From contig OY761556.1 of assembly GCA_963664705.1 (NCBI GenBank), forward strand, positions 4,576,001 through 4,640,000: a stretch of 64,000 nucleotides of DNA, in the 5' to 3' direction. Shown piece after piece: positions 51,313 through 63,137 of this stretch (its first letter is position 1; each line of letters opens with the position of its first letter). This stretch comes from Acidobacteriota bacterium (lineage in GTDB: Bacteria; Acidobacteriota; UBA6911). The notes below the pieces were generated by a model. That model had not been told where the DNA came from, did no database searches, and saw only the letters and a program-made list of their open reading frames with translations. The translations under genes were made by a program, and so were the position numbers.

Positions 51313-52676
51313 GACGCCACCTCCCGATAGACCGAAGCGCGTCTTGGGACCAGTTTCCATACGGGGCTTGCAACCGATGCATAGACTTCACGAGCAAAAT
51401 TCAGCATGCCGACAAAGCCGGCAAGCGGTTCTTTGCGTTCATGATTGTGATCGCAGAAACCTATCCCGAGCTTATAGGCAATCGGCCGCTCTTTGACGCC
51501 GCCAATAAACAGATCCACATCTTTTTCCAGGCAGAATTTGGCCAATTCAAGAGGATTGGAATCGTCGACGATGATTGTACCGGGATCAGAAATCTCATGG
51601 AGTTGTCGATAATCATTCCTATCCCCCGTCTGCGATCCTACTACTGCTGTTTGCATACCCAGAAGGCGCAGCGCTCGGATCAGCGAGAAGGCTTTGAAAG
51701 CGCCTCCCACATAAATGGCAGCCTTTTTGCCGGCCAGTTTTTGGCGATAGCGTTTCAACTCGGGATAAACCGTGCCGCATTCCTCGCTCACCACAGCCTG
51801 CGCGCGCTTCATCAATACCGGTTGCTTAAAAAAGCGAACCGTTTCATAAAGGGCATCGGCCATATCTTCAATGCCAAAAAACGAAACGCGCTTGAATGGG
51901 ATGCCGTAATCGCGCTCCATCATGCGGGCGAGATACATCATGGATCCGGAGCATTGAACCAGGTTCAGTCGTGCACCATGACAGCGCGCAATATCAGCTA
52001 CGCGAGCATCTCCGGTAATGCAGGAGACAACTTCAATCCCGATACGCTTGAAGTAATCGCGAATGATCCAGGTTTCACCCGCGAGATTAAAATCTCCGAG
52101 TATATTGATGCTGCAATCGCCGATTTCGGTACAATCACCGGTTCCTACAATCCGGTGCAAAGCTTCACAGGCGGCCCTGTATCCATCCTTTTTGGTCCCT
52201 TTAAAACCCTCGGAATCAACCGGGAGAACTGGAATGCCCGTTTTCCGGGACACGCGATGGCACACTGCCGCGACATCATCCCCAATAAGCCCCACGATGC
52301 AGGTTGAATACACAAAAGCAGCTTTCGGATCGTATCGGCCGATCAAATCGTAAAGGGCTGCCTCGAGTTTTCTTTCTCCGCCATAAATAATGTCGAGTTC
52401 CTGAAGGTCCGTGGAGAAGCTGTTGCGATGTAATTGGGGACCGCTGGAGAGTGCGCCCCGAATATCCCAGGTATATGCGGCACATCCGATGGGCCCATGC
52501 ACCAGGTGTATTGCATCTGCGACCGGGTAAAGTACGACGCGGGAACCGCAGAAAACACATGCGCGTTGACTGACGGAACCGGAAAGGCTTACCTTGTCGC
52601 AAGCTATTGCATCAATGCGATCCGTACCATCCTTGCAAATGACCTGTCCTTCACGCTCTCTCAGCAGTTCTATCAT
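51309..52676 (-). CDS. nifE: Nitrogenase FeMo-cofactor scaffold NifE
   Basis: QRACVFCG, HGPIGC, STCIVG, VQCS. Confidence 0.94.
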   Translation of the reverse strand: MIELLREREGQVICKDGTDRIDAIACDKVSLSGSVSQRACVFCGSRVVLYPVADAIHLVHGPIGCAAYTWDIRGALSSGPQLHRNSFSTDLQELDIIYGGERKLEAALYDLIGRYDPKAAFVYSTCIVGLIGDDVAAVCHRVSRKTGIPVLPVDSEGFKGTKKDGYRAACEALHRIVGTGDCTEIGDCSINILGDFNLAGETWIIRDYFKRIGIEVVSCITGDARVADIARCHGARLNLVQCSGSMMYLARMMERDYGIPFKRVSFFGIEDMADALYETVRFFKQPVLMKRAQAVVSEECGTVYPELKRYRQKLAGKKAAIYVGGAFKAFSLIRALRLLGMQTAVVGSQTGDRNDYRQLHEISDPGTIIVDDSNPLELAKFCLEKDVDLFIGGVKERPIAYKLGIGFCDHNHERKEPLAGFVGMLNFAREVYASVASPVWKLVPRRASVYREVAS

Positions 52677-52755
52677 GATTGCCCCGTACGATTCTGTGGA
52701 GCACTCCAGGCTCCCGTTCTCCCGGCGATGACTCGGTGTCCATTCTGATCATTGT

Positions 52756-54129
52756 TTATTGCACCAACTCAAAGCGCTCCTCTGGACACTCGCGATCCGC
52801 TTTATCCAAAAGTGCATCGAGCATCTTTTCCATCAGTCTCATAGCGCCTCGATAGCCGACGGTTGGAAACATCCGATGTCCAACCCTGTCGAGTATTGGA
52901 AATCCGAAACGCACAAACGGCACGTTTTCCGCACGGGCAATGTATTTGCAATAGGTGTTTCCTATAAGCAGATCAACCGGGTCGTTTTTCATCCATTGAT
53001 GCAGTTCAAACAAATCCGCATTTTGTTTTACCGCCGCGTGTTCGGCCTGGTTCCCGAGTATTGCATTCACACGTGTCTCAAAATGCTGCCCATGGGAACC
53101 CGTAATGACATGAACAGGCTTCATGTCCAAATCCATAAGGAACTGCACAAGAGCGATTACATGATCAGGGTCCCCTGCGATCGCAACGCGTCGGCCATGA
53201 AGGTACTGTTGCATATCGCTCATGAGATCGAGCAGCCGACCGCGTTCGAGAGTTACCGATTCGGGGACAACTACTTCCGCACACGAACGCAGCGCATCTA
53301 CAAATTGATCGGTATGGGTAATCCCGATAGGCAGTTCAAGCGAAGCCGAAGGGACAGAGCACTTGCCTTCCAGATGCACACCTGCCGCATTGGATGCAAA
53401 AAAGCCAAGGGCCAGAGTTGCAATGCTGTCGCCTGACGACTTCAGCGCCTCCATCGTAACGCCGCCTCGCGGGTACATGGAGTAGAGTCCGGTTTGCGGT
53501 TGATCCAGAACATCGGTGGTATCCGGGAACATCAGCAAACTCACACCAAGTTCGCCGGCAACTCTTTTCATCTCACGCATGTCGCTGGGATCAACAAATC
53601 CCGGCACAAGGTTTATTTGTCTTTTGGTGTTTCCCGTCCGCTCGCACAGGTACTGAACAATGGCTTTTGTCATGTTACTGAAACCGGTAACATGCGACCC
53701 CACAAAACTTGGAGTATTCGCATGAATCACAGTTTTGCCGGCTGGAATGATTTTTTCGTCCTGCGCCTTTCGAATCATCATTGGAATGTCATCGCCAATC
53801 ACCTCCGAAAGGCAGGTCGTATGCACAGCCACAATATCCGGGTTGTAGATATTGAAGATGTTGTTTAGCGCCTGAATCATGTTTGTCAGGCCTCCAAATA
53901 CGGAAGCGCCCTCGGTAAAAGAACTGCTGGTTGCAACCACCGGTTCTTTGAAGTGCCGGGTCAGGTGGCTGCGATGATAGGCGCAGCATCCCTGGGAACC
54001 GTGGCTGTGCGGCATGCAGCCATGAATACCCAGGGAGGCGTACATGGCGCCGATTGGCTGACATGTCTTTGCGGGGTTTATTCGCAGGGCTTCCCGGTCT
54101 TTTATTTGCCTAGGTGTAGCATCAAGCAT
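52756..54129 (-). CDS. nifK: Nitrogenase MoFe protein beta chain
   Basis: INPAKTCQPIGA, HGSQGC, TTCLSE, PSFVGSH. Confidence 0.96.
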   Translation of the reverse strand: MLDATPRQIKDREALRINPAKTCQPIGAMYASLGIHGCMPHSHGSQGCCAYHRSHLTRHFKEPVVATSSSFTEGASVFGGLTNMIQALNNIFNIYNPDIVAVHTTCLSEVIGDDIPMMIRKAQDEKIIPAGKTVIHANTPSFVGSHVTGFSNMTKAIVQYLCERTGNTKRQINLVPGFVDPSDMREMKRVAGELGVSLLMFPDTTDVLDQPQTGLYSMYPRGGVTMEALKSSGDSIATLALGFFASNAAGVHLEGKCSVPSASLELPIGITHTDQFVDALRSCAEVVVPESVTLERGRLLDLMSDMQQYLHGRRVAIAGDPDHVIALVQFLMDLDMKPVHVITGSHGQHFETRVNAILGNQAEHAAVKQNADLFELHQWMKNDPVDLLIGNTYCKYIARAENVPFVRFGFPILDRVGHRMFPTVGYRGAMRLMEKMLDALLDKADRECPEERFELVQ

Positions 54130-54198
54130 ACGTATCCCTTCTTCTCTGGAATTGCATCAATTGTTCGGTGATTTAGAATGCGACCAGTCCGGATGGAA

Positions 54199-55848
54199 TC
54201 ACTGGTTCTGCTGTGGTATGGACCGGGAAGCGTTCTCAGCAGGCTGTGAGCCGGCAATCCATGGAGGTACGACAAATTTCCATATCTTTGAGCTCAGCAT
54301 GCGGTCGATTTCGCGATAAAAATTGGCGGCACCGGTGAATCCGGCATAGGGTCCCCCGTAGTCATAGCTGTGGAGCTGCTTGCAGGGAATTCCCATTTTT
54401 TCAATTACAAACTTATCTTTGATTCCAGAACAGATAATATCCGGCCTATATATTTCGATGAGCTTCTCCATCTCATAGTGACTGATGTCATCAATGACAA
54501 GTACGTTCTTTTTCATTTCCGCCATCATTCCTTCGTAATCCGAGAAACTGAATCCGCTCGCCTCGAGAGCCCCCTTTTGTCCAGCTGTGATCCGTTGCCT
54601 GTAGAGGGCGGGATCGGGCTCGACGTGCAATTCCTCAATATTCCGACTGTCGGCATCCACCCTAATGCCAGGCAACACACGCCGCCCTTCATAGTCATCC
54701 CGGTGGGCAAACTCGTACCCTGCCGCCACAATCTCCATTCCGATATCCTTGAACAGGTCCTGGTAATGATGGGCACGCGAACCGCCGACAAACAACGCCA
54801 CCTTTTTGCCCTTGCATCGCGATGTGACTCCATCGCGTACCTGCTTCAGGGCGGCCATTCCCCTCGCGATCACCGACTCAACACGCTCGGACAGCGCTGG
54901 ATTGTCAAAATAGCGTGCTATTTTGCGCAGTGACTTTGCCGTCGATTCAGCGCCGATAAAGTTGACTTTGGTCCAGGGTATTCCGAATTTTTTCTCCATC
55001 ATCTCTGCAATGTAATTGATTGAGCGGTGGCACATGACGGTGTTCAGTTGTGCCGTGTGCGCGCGAGCGACCTGTGAATAGTTCACATCGCCGCTCAGTG
55101 TTGCGGTCACGCGGATACCGCACTCGCGCAGAAGCTCATCGATCTCCCACGCGTCCCCGCCTATGTTGTATTCACCCAGAATATTGATGGCAAATTCCGC
55201 ATCATCCGTGGAATCGTCCAGCCCAATAATGTTCTTAAAAACGCCGTTATTTGCAATATGATGCCCGGCGGACTGGCTGACGCCCTTATATCCTTCACAG
55301 CTGAAAGCGATCACATTAATGCCAAGCTTCTCTTTCATCTGCCTGGCGATGGTATGGATATCATCCCCAATCAGGCCGACCGGGCAGGTGGCCAGAATGG
55401 CAATAGCCTTCGGCTTGAATATGTCGTAAGCCTCTTCGATTGCGCGCGCCAGTTTTTTTTCGCCGCCGAACACAATCTGATCTTCCTGCATATCTGTTGT
55501 CATGCAGTATTGAAGGAAGTTATGCTCCCCTTTTTGGGGCCTTGCGAGATTACGCCGGGATTGCCAGGCATAGAAACCGCAACCCACGGGTCCGTGCGTA
55601 ATCTGGAGAAGATCATAGATTGGGCCCATAACTACTCCGCGGCATCCCGCATAGGTACAACCGCGCTGCGTGACAATGCCCGGAACCGTACGGCTATTGG
55701 CTCCGATTTCAGGCGGGTTTTCCGGATCATTGACTATAATCTGCTTTGCGCGCTTTCTTCTCGTCTTGACGGGATAAGGCTTGAGCATTTCATCCCGCAC
55801 CGCTTCTGGATTCTCCATCAACCTCTTTGCTGAAAAATCGTCCATCAT
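54199..55848 (-). CDS. nifD: Nitrogenase MoFe protein alpha chain (group II type, with internal insertion)
   Basis: P-cluster RGCTYAG, GPVGC, TCPVG; FeMoco ligands VMCHRS and QLHSYDYGGPY; insertion after HRDDYEGR. Confidence 0.97.
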   Translation of the reverse strand: MMDDFSAKRLMENPEAVRDEMLKPYPVKTRRKRAKQIIVNDPENPPEIGANSRTVPGIVTQRGCTYAGCRGVVMGPIYDLLQITHGPVGCGFYAWQSRRNLARPQKGEHNFLQYCMTTDMQEDQIVFGGEKKLARAIEEAYDIFKPKAIAILATCPVGLIGDDIHTIARQMKEKLGINVIAFSCEGYKGVSQSAGHHIANNGVFKNIIGLDDSTDDAEFAINILGEYNIGGDAWEIDELLRECGIRVTATLSGDVNYSQVARAHTAQLNTVMCHRSINYIAEMMEKKFGIPWTKVNFIGAESTAKSLRKIARYFDNPALSERVESVIARGMAALKQVRDGVTSRCKGKKVALFVGGSRAHHYQDLFKDIGMEIVAAGYEFAHRDDYEGRRVLPGIRVDADSRNIEELHVEPDPALYRQRITAGQKGALEASGFSFSDYEGMMAEMKKNVLVIDDISHYEMEKLIEIYRPDIICSGIKDKFVIEKMGIPCKQLHSYDYGGPYAGFTGAANFYREIDRMLSSKIWKFVVPPWIAGSQPAENASRSIPQQNQ

Positions 55849-55904
55849 GCACCTCTGAGACCGAATTGAACAATCCGGTTTTTTTCACATATGATCCGGC
55901 CCAA

Positions 55905-56762
<858 letters not shown>

Positions 56763-56780
56763 TTACACGCTCGTGAATAA

Positions 56781-56797
56781 TGCACGCAGCATGCCAA
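56781..56797 (-). promoter_or_regulatory. sigma54 promoter of nifH
   Basis: Minus strand TTGGCATGCTGCGTGCA, about 50 bp upstream of nifH. Confidence 0.8.
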
Positions 56798-57069
56798 AGC
56801 CTATCCAACAGACATTGAATCTGCCGAAACTGAGGGCGAGTATTTCTTGATCACTGTTTAAGCGTGGTTGAGCGGCCTCGTAGCATTGCTATGGCAAATT
56901 TCGAGGCAAATGCTGGCTTTCATTCTCGCAAGCCGCGCTGACATATTTGTCACGCTCAAAAGGCGGAGGGCAGATCAAAAGAGCGTCGAGTCGATAAAAC
57001 CGCTGGAAGAGGCGCTGTAACCGGAAGTGACAATTTTGGAAGATGAATACGGCTAAAGTGAAATTTTTG

Positions 57070-58662
57070 TCATTCGGCACTATCCGCCATGGGCTCGATA
57101 CGGCTGAAGAACTTTCGATAATCGATTCCCAGTTTCTGAATCTTATATCGGACCATTCGTGCGGTGAGGCCCAGATCGCGAGCCGCCGCAGCCACATTGC
57201 CTTCAGATCGTTTGAGCGCGTCAATGATCGCATCCTTCTCCAGAATATGGATGCGTGCTTTCAGCGCGGAGGCCGCGGGTTCATGGGCAGCATCAGGAAT
57301 CTGCAGCGTCGGAGGCAAGTGGTGACCATGGATCACGCCATCGGTGCTCAACAAAACTGCATACTCCAGACAATTCTCCAATTCGCGAACATTGCCGGGC
57401 CAGTGGTATGCAAGCATCATATTGATGGCCATGGTGGAAATGCGACGAACCGGCCGCCCCATCTTCTTGCCATATTTCTGAACGAGATGATCTGCCAAAA
57501 GCAGCAAATCATCCTTCCTCTCTCTGAGCGCAGGGAGAAAAATCGGAAAAACATTGATACGGTAAAACAGATCCTGCCTGAATTGCGCGGCAGCCACCGC
57601 TGCCTCGAGATCGCGATTTGTGGCAGCAATGATGCGCACATCCGCTTTTTGCGTATGATTGCTCCCCACGCGTTGGAACTCTCTTTCCTGAATGACTCTC
57701 AAAAGCATGACTTGCACACTTGGAGAGAAATCGCCAATCTCATCCAGAAAAAGCGTCCCGCCTTCAGCTTCCTCGATGCGTCCAATGCGCTCCCGCAATG
57801 CGCCTGTGAATGAACCCTTTTCATGCCCAAACAGCTCGCTCTCAATTAATGTCTCACTGAGAGCCGCACAATTTACCTTCACCAAGGCCTGCTTGGCACG
57901 TGAGCCATTGTAGTGAATTGCAGACGCAACCAGTTCCTTCCCTGTACCACTCTCACCCCGAATCAGAACCGTCGTATCCGATGCTGCCACCTGCGAGATC
58001 CGTTCATAGACAACCCGCATGGCATGTGAATTCCCCAATATATTTTCGGGACGGAACTGATCAGCGACAACGCTCCGCAACCTTCTGTTCTCCGCTTCCA
58101 GCGCAAGGCGTGCCGTGTTCGCTTCCCGACGCACGCGTGTATCATTTGCAATCATGCTGGCAACAATCTGAAGTATCTGCCGCGTGTCTTCCAGCGCATC
58201 CGGTATCGGAGAGGTCAAATCCACCGACAGCGTTCCGATTACTTCCTGGCCAAGCAGGATCGGTACGCAAATGAAACCGTCTTGGTCTGATCCTGCCATC
58301 CTGCGCTGATAGATGCGGTCACAGAATTCCGGTTCCCTGGAAATGCACGGAATCACGGCCGGGACTCCGGTCTTTAAAACTCTGCCTACAATGCCTTCCC
58401 CTCTGCGATACCGAATGGCTTCCTGTTCCGGAAGGACCGGATCGCTGAGTGCCTCGACCGATAACTCACTCCCATCAGGCGAGAGCAGCAGAACCGTGCC
58501 ACGCCTCATGCCGAAGTGAAGCTCCAGAGCCCCCAGAACAGCATTCAATGAGTGGTGGTTTCCCTGCTGGCCGTTTAGCAAACTGGCCACGGCACAAAGG
58601 CCCTTGATGATTTGTTCTCTCGTCAGATATCCCCGAAGTTGGCATTCCCCTGCATTCAGCAT
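57070..58662 (-). CDS. nifA: NifA-type sigma54 activator (GAF-AAA+-HTH)
   Basis: [36 protein letters not shown]; directly upstream of nifH. Start uncertain (58662 or 58713). Confidence 0.85.
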   Translation of the reverse strand: MLNAGECQLRGYLTREQIIKGLCAVASLLNGQQGNHHSLNAVLGALELHFGMRRGTVLLLSPDGSELSVEALSDPVLPEQEAIRYRRGEGIVGRVLKTGVPAVIPCISREPEFCDRIYQRRMAGSDQDGFICVPILLGQEVIGTLSVDLTSPIPDALEDTRQILQIVASMIANDTRVRREANTARLALEAENRRLRSVVADQFRPENILGNSHAMRVVYERISQVAASDTTVLIRGESGTGKELVASAIHYNGSRAKQALVKVNCAALSETLIESELFGHEKGSFTGALRERIGRIEEAEGGTLFLDEIGDFSPSVQVMLLRVIQEREFQRVGSNHTQKADVRIIAATNRDLEAAVAAAQFRQDLFYRINVFPIFLPALRERKDDLLLLADHLVQKYGKKMGRPVRRISTMAINMMLAYHWPGNVRELENCLEYAVLLSTDGVIHGHHLPPTLQIPDAAHEPAASALKARIHILEKDAIIDALKRSEGNVAAAARDLGLTARMVRYKIQKLGIDYRKFFSRIEPMADSAE

Positions 58663-58873
58663 CTTTCCACACCCTAACCAAACGGCCGGAATCCAGATGG
58701 CCATGAAAGACAATGCAACTGCCGCGCCAATCTTCAGGATTGTTTGGGCTAAAATCCTATCTTCTGCTAAAGGCCTTTTTACAAGGACATGAGGAGGGCG
58801 GTGCAGCGAATGCGCAGAACAATCGAGTGCGCCTGTTATTCATTTATGTATTTATCTTACCTATGTAAGACAT

Positions 58874-59455
58874 TTATGTAGAGATGGATTCGTAGCAGGT
58901 TGAGGCTGCCGGCGCTACCGCGATGTCGGGTTGTTCGGGAAAGAGCCGCTCGATTCCAGTCACTTCGTCGACAACCACTTTGACAAACTCAATGCGGCTG
59001 AATGCGGAGATGAGAAAGCGCAGTCTCTGATCAAACCGGTCCAGGCAGGCGGGAATATTCAGCAGATCCATCTGTTTGACTCGAGCCTGAGTAAATGTCT
59101 GCCGGATGGTGCAGGTGCCGCAGTGGATGGTATGGCCACATCCCTCCGGAAGACAGGCGTGGCGGCATTGTAAAAGCTCTCCACCCAACAGCCCCAAAGA
59201 CTGATCTCTTGTCGTCTGCAGGAACCCCGTCATTGCGCTGTTAATGCCAATGACGCGCCCCTCCTCATCCACCATGATCACAGGCACCGCATACTGTTCC
59301 AGGTGATCACTGAGATTCATTTCCGTGATCTTGGGCATGTGAAAGTCCAGGCAGGCCTCACAAATCCCATGGCTGATTGCTTTGTTTTCATAGGGCGCTT
59401 TTTCGCCTATAACCTGTCGACAGTAGGAACAGATGGATATCACGTTAGCCCTCAA
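58874..59455 (-). CDS. Cys-rich PAS-domain signalling protein
   Basis: CSYC...SHGICEAC N-terminal motif; PAS (VIMVDEEGRV...N) with GCG...C..C. Start uncertain. Confidence 0.7.
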   Translation of the reverse strand: MRANVISICSYCRQVIGEKAPYENKAISHGICEACLDFHMPKITEMNLSDHLEQYAVPVIMVDEEGRVIGINSAMTGFLQTTRDQSLGLLGGELLQCRHACLPEGCGHTIHCGTCTIRQTFTQARVKQMDLLNIPACLDRFDQRLRFLISAFSRIEFVKVVVDEVTGIERLFPEQPDIAVAPAASTCYESIST

Positions 59456-59545
59456 GGTAAAACTTATTGCTCCTCAGGTTCCTTTTCGACCTTTTTGTCC
59501 ATTTTGATAAGTGCAAGGGAGGATTTTTTTGCTGCGGGCGAAGAA

Positions 59546-60757
59546 TTACAGGTTTGCAGAGACGCAATGGCCTTCTGCCGGAAGTGCAATGGTAAATGCG
59601 GTGCCCTTTCCTATTTCGCTTCTGGCACTGATACCCCCGCCCATCAGCTGGGCGAGCTTCAGGCTGATCGCGAGGCCCAATCCCGTTCCGCCATATTTGC
59701 GCTCCGTGCCGGCATCCGCCTGGATGAAAGGACTGAAAACCCTCTGCAACTGGCTTTCACTCATTCCGATTCCGCTGTCCATGACATTGAAGTGGATCCA
59801 CGCGCGGCCGCAATCCTGAACGCGGCGGGCCTGGAGGCAGATCGTCCCATTCTCGGTAAATTTTGCGGCATTCCCGAGAATATTGACCAGAATCTGGCGA
59901 ACCTTTACCGGATCCGCGATCATCCTGCCCGGATTGCCTTCGCACTCCAGAGTCAGAGCATTATTATTTTTTTCAACAACAGGCTTCACCGTCCCAAGCA
60001 CTTCATTGGCCAGGGCCTGCACATCAAATTCCTCGAGTGAAAGAGTGGTCTTTCCCGCTTCGATTTTGGAAAGGTCGAGGATATTGCTGACGAGGTTCTG
60101 CAAATGCCTGGCGGCGTTGCAGATCTTCTGCAGATCCGGGATAAACCGGGCAAGTTCCGATGACTCCTCATCGACGGCTTCTTCCTGAAGCATCTCACTG
60201 TACCCGATGATGGCATTCAAGGGAGTTCGCAGTTCATGGCTGATATTGGCGACAAATTCGCTCTTGGCCCGGTTGGCCGCTTCCGCCTTCTCGGCCGCGA
60301 TCCGTGAATCTTCCAGCTCGATGCGCGAGCGCAGGTCAATCACCGTTTCAATCAACAGCTTCCGCCCATCCTTGACGAACGGAACGACTGTCTTGAGAAC
60401 CGGGATCCTCACTCCGCCGCAGGCAAGAAGCGCTCTTTCCGAATGATCCAGCTTTTTGCCCAGATCGGTGATCGGGCATTTGCCGACCTCGGCAGGGCAA
60501 ACCACACCATGACAAACGCTGCCGATCAAATCGTCTTTCTTCCGGCCTATCAACTGCAGCGCAAAGGAGTTGAGATCAACAATCGTATGCGTTTCGGGGT
60601 CCATGACGATGATTCCGACAGGAATCGCATTCAAAAGAGCCGTCAGATAGAACACGTTAGACTTCAATTCCCCCGAATCGGCCGAAAGCCCTTCATATAA
60701 AAAGGCTTCCATTGCTTTCACATCGGCCCCTGCTTCATTCTGATGGTACAGCAACAT
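59546..60757 (-). CDS. PAS-domain sensor histidine kinase
   Basis: [36 protein letters not shown]. Confidence 0.93.
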   Translation of the reverse strand: MLLYHQNEAGADVKAMEAFLYEGLSADSGELKSNVFYLTALLNAIPVGIIVMDPETHTIVDLNSFALQLIGRKKDDLIGSVCHGVVCPAEVGKCPITDLGKKLDHSERALLACGGVRIPVLKTVVPFVKDGRKLLIETVIDLRSRIELEDSRIAAEKAEAANRAKSEFVANISHELRTPLNAIIGYSEMLQEEAVDEESSELARFIPDLQKICNAARHLQNLVSNILDLSKIEAGKTTLSLEEFDVQALANEVLGTVKPVVEKNNNALTLECEGNPGRMIADPVKVRQILVNILGNAAKFTENGTICLQARRVQDCGRAWIHFNVMDSGIGMSESQLQRVFSPFIQADAGTERKYGGTGLGLAISLKLAQLMGGGISARSEIGKGTAFTIALPAEGHCVSANL

Positions 60758-61070
60758 CGTACGAAAACTCCCCTATTCCAACATTTGTTGCCCGAGCCGC
60801 CGGCACACAGAGTCTGCCCGAGCTCCCCCTTGACTATCGGAAGATATCTGACGGCACATCAGTATAATTTTGCCTCGAAATGGTATTTTTTAACCATATG
60901 GATCCTTCATCTGGCAGTTGGGCGGAACAAAGCGGTTTCTTCAATATTTTTCAACAAGTTACGACAGATACACCGATGAATTATCGATGCGTTCAGAGGA
61001 TCGCCATGGAGCAAGAAAACTGGGCGTCGCGGGGCGGCTAATGCTACACGCTTTTTGTCGAAGGCACAGA

Positions 61071-61235
61071 ACCGCGAAGACCTCGAAGACCGCAAAGTAA
61101 GGTTTTTGGGCTCATCTTGCTGCCGGTGGCAATCCATACAGCGCCCGGCCAGGATTGTTTGAGTCCAGCGTATGCTCTGGCGAGAACGATAGGCCGCAAA
61201 GCCTAGAAAAATATTTTCTTCGCGGTCTTTGCGGT
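61071..61235. repeat. Nonamer inverted repeats flanking about 120 bp
   Basis: ACCGCGAAG-ACCTCGAAG-ACCGCAAAG ... CTTCGCGGT-CTTTGCGGT. Confidence 0.6.
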
Positions 61236-61422
61236 TATCGAAAGCCCTTTCATAGCGTTTCGGCTTTTATTGATTTTCAAAGGCGGAAGCAGGACGATGG
61301 CATTCCCGGTGGAGGAACCGGGGATTAATCCTTGCTATAATGTTGTCCGACACTTCGGTATGAATTCCACGCCCTGGTTTCTCCCCGAGACAGGGGCTCT
61401 ATTAAAGAAATGGAGAACTCCC

Positions 61423-62937
61423 GTGACCGATATCCTGGAAAATGCTTATGGCCGACGCCGGTTCATCAAAGATGTTGCGGTGATGTCCGCAGGGCTCTCG
61501 ATCGGACCCTTCTTCACTTTTGGCAAAGACCCGGATTTCAAGCCACTGAAACGCCCGATGGGCAGACTTGGTTTTGAAGCCACAACCCTCGGGCTCGGCG
61601 GGCAAGGTTCGCTGCAGTGGACTCCTGCCGATGTCGATGCCATGAAGATCATCCTGAAGGCATTTGATCTGGGAGTGAATTACTTCGACACATCCAACGT
61701 GTATGGCCCGAGCCAGTCCTACTACGGCAAAGCCTTTCGTGAGTTGCATCTGATTCCCGGCCAACCCGGATATCAGGAATCCCGGCGGCGATCCTTTTTC
61801 CTGACAAGCAAGACCATGCTGCGTTTTGGAAAGGGGGGTTGGAAAAAGGATGACATGTTCAACTGGAGTGACGGAGCGCCAGGATCGCACGCCGTCGATG
61901 ATATCAAGCGCACCCTGTCACTGATTTTCGGAGATGGCAAGGGCTCTTATCCTTCCGGCGCCTATCTGGATATGGTCCTTATTCATGGAATCGGCAGCCA
62001 GGCGGATGTAGATGCTGTTTACGAAGGATACGATAGGCCGGATCCCAAGGCCGAACATATTGGCGCACTGGCAATGCTGATTGATTATCGCGATGGCACC
62101 AACCTCACGGGGCTCAATCCGAAAGAAGAAAAGCTGATTCGCCATATCGGGTTCTCGGGCCATGATTCGCCTGCCGTGATGATGGACATGATACAGCGCG
62201 ATACGCGCGGCGTCCTCGACGGGATGCTGGTAGCTATTAACGCGAACGATCGTCTGCACTTCAACATGCAGTACAACGTTATCCCGGTAGCCGCCGCAAA
62301 TAACATGGGAATCATCGCGATGAAGGTCTTTGCGGACGGCGCCATGTATACCAAGGAAGCCACCTGGACAAAAGGTCCGGAAATGGTGGTGCGAAAGGTG
62401 GGAAGCGCAGCCCTGCCCAGCCGCAAACTCGTCGAGTACACCCTGACGACGCCTGGCATCCATACGGCCATTATCGGAACTGGACACATTGATTCTGATC
62501 CGGCGCTTTGCCAGCTGAAACAGAATTTTGCCGCGGCTCAAATCGCCCCGAACGGTCTCCGTGTCTCTGACCGGAGGGAGATCGAAAAATTGGCCCTCAC
62601 AGCCAAACAGGGGAAGACCAACTACTTCCAGGCTGCCGCAAAAGCGCTTGGAGCCGCCCGCACCCCTGCCGTCACGCAGGAAATGCGTGGGCAGAAGCGA
62701 TCCGTCATGCTGAAGTGGCAAACCGCCTACGCGGGCGATGAGCCGATCGTCCGATACGAGATATTGCGCGATCACAATAAAGCCGGACAGATAATCCACA
62801 AACCGCAAAGAACCCGTGCTCCGTTCCAGTTTGAAGAAACGCTTTCCGATAAGGCTGTCCACACATACCAGATCGTGACAGTAGATGGAGCCGGGCGTAC
62901 CGCGAAAACGGAGGAGATGACGATTCCCGCAGTTTAG
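61423..62937 (+). CDS. Aldo/keto reductase with Tat-like signal and C-terminal Fn3-like domain
   Basis: GRRRFIK; LGLGG, GVNYFDTSNVY, LTSK, LIH, IGFSGH, IAMKVF; C-terminal 'LKWQ...YEILRD...F.E....YQIVTVD..G'; GGAG with GTG start. Confidence 0.85.
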   Translation: MTDILENAYGRRRFIKDVAVMSAGLSIGPFFTFGKDPDFKPLKRPMGRLGFEATTLGLGGQGSLQWTPADVDAMKIILKAFDLGVNYFDTSNVYGPSQSYYGKAFRELHLIPGQPGYQESRRRSFFLTSKTMLRFGKGGWKKDDMFNWSDGAPGSHAVDDIKRTLSLIFGDGKGSYPSGAYLDMVLIHGIGSQADVDAVYEGYDRPDPKAEHIGALAMLIDYRDGTNLTGLNPKEEKLIRHIGFSGHDSPAVMMDMIQRDTRGVLDGMLVAINANDRLHFNMQYNVIPVAAANNMGIIAMKVFADGAMYTKEATWTKGPEMVVRKVGSAALPSRKLVEYTLTTPGIHTAIIGTGHIDSDPALCQLKQNFAAAQIAPNGLRVSDRREIEKLALTAKQGKTNYFQAAAKALGAARTPAVTQEMRGQKRSVMLKWQTAYAGDEPIVRYEILRDHNKAGQIIHKPQRTRAPFQFEETLSDKAVHTYQIVTVDGAGRTAKTEEMTIPAV

Positions 62938-63137
62938 CAGTCAGTGGCGCGGTCGTCGCCGAAAAGGGTTGGAAGGAAGTTCCGTACACGCTACACTCTT
63001 GTTCTGAAACAATGTTTCAGCTTCCATAGCGTCACGGGAGTGTGCGGGTTATTCTGCGCTCCGGGGACGTCGCCGCTATTGGAGAGGCTGCAAAGCTCAG
63101 GCGTCCCAGGTACGCACGATATAAAAGGAGAATTGCC

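Noticed and set aside
52756-55848. Alternative (V or Fe-only) nitrogenase
   Set aside because: No vnfG/anfG between D and K; HSYDY ligand context and nifEN indicate the Mo enzyme.
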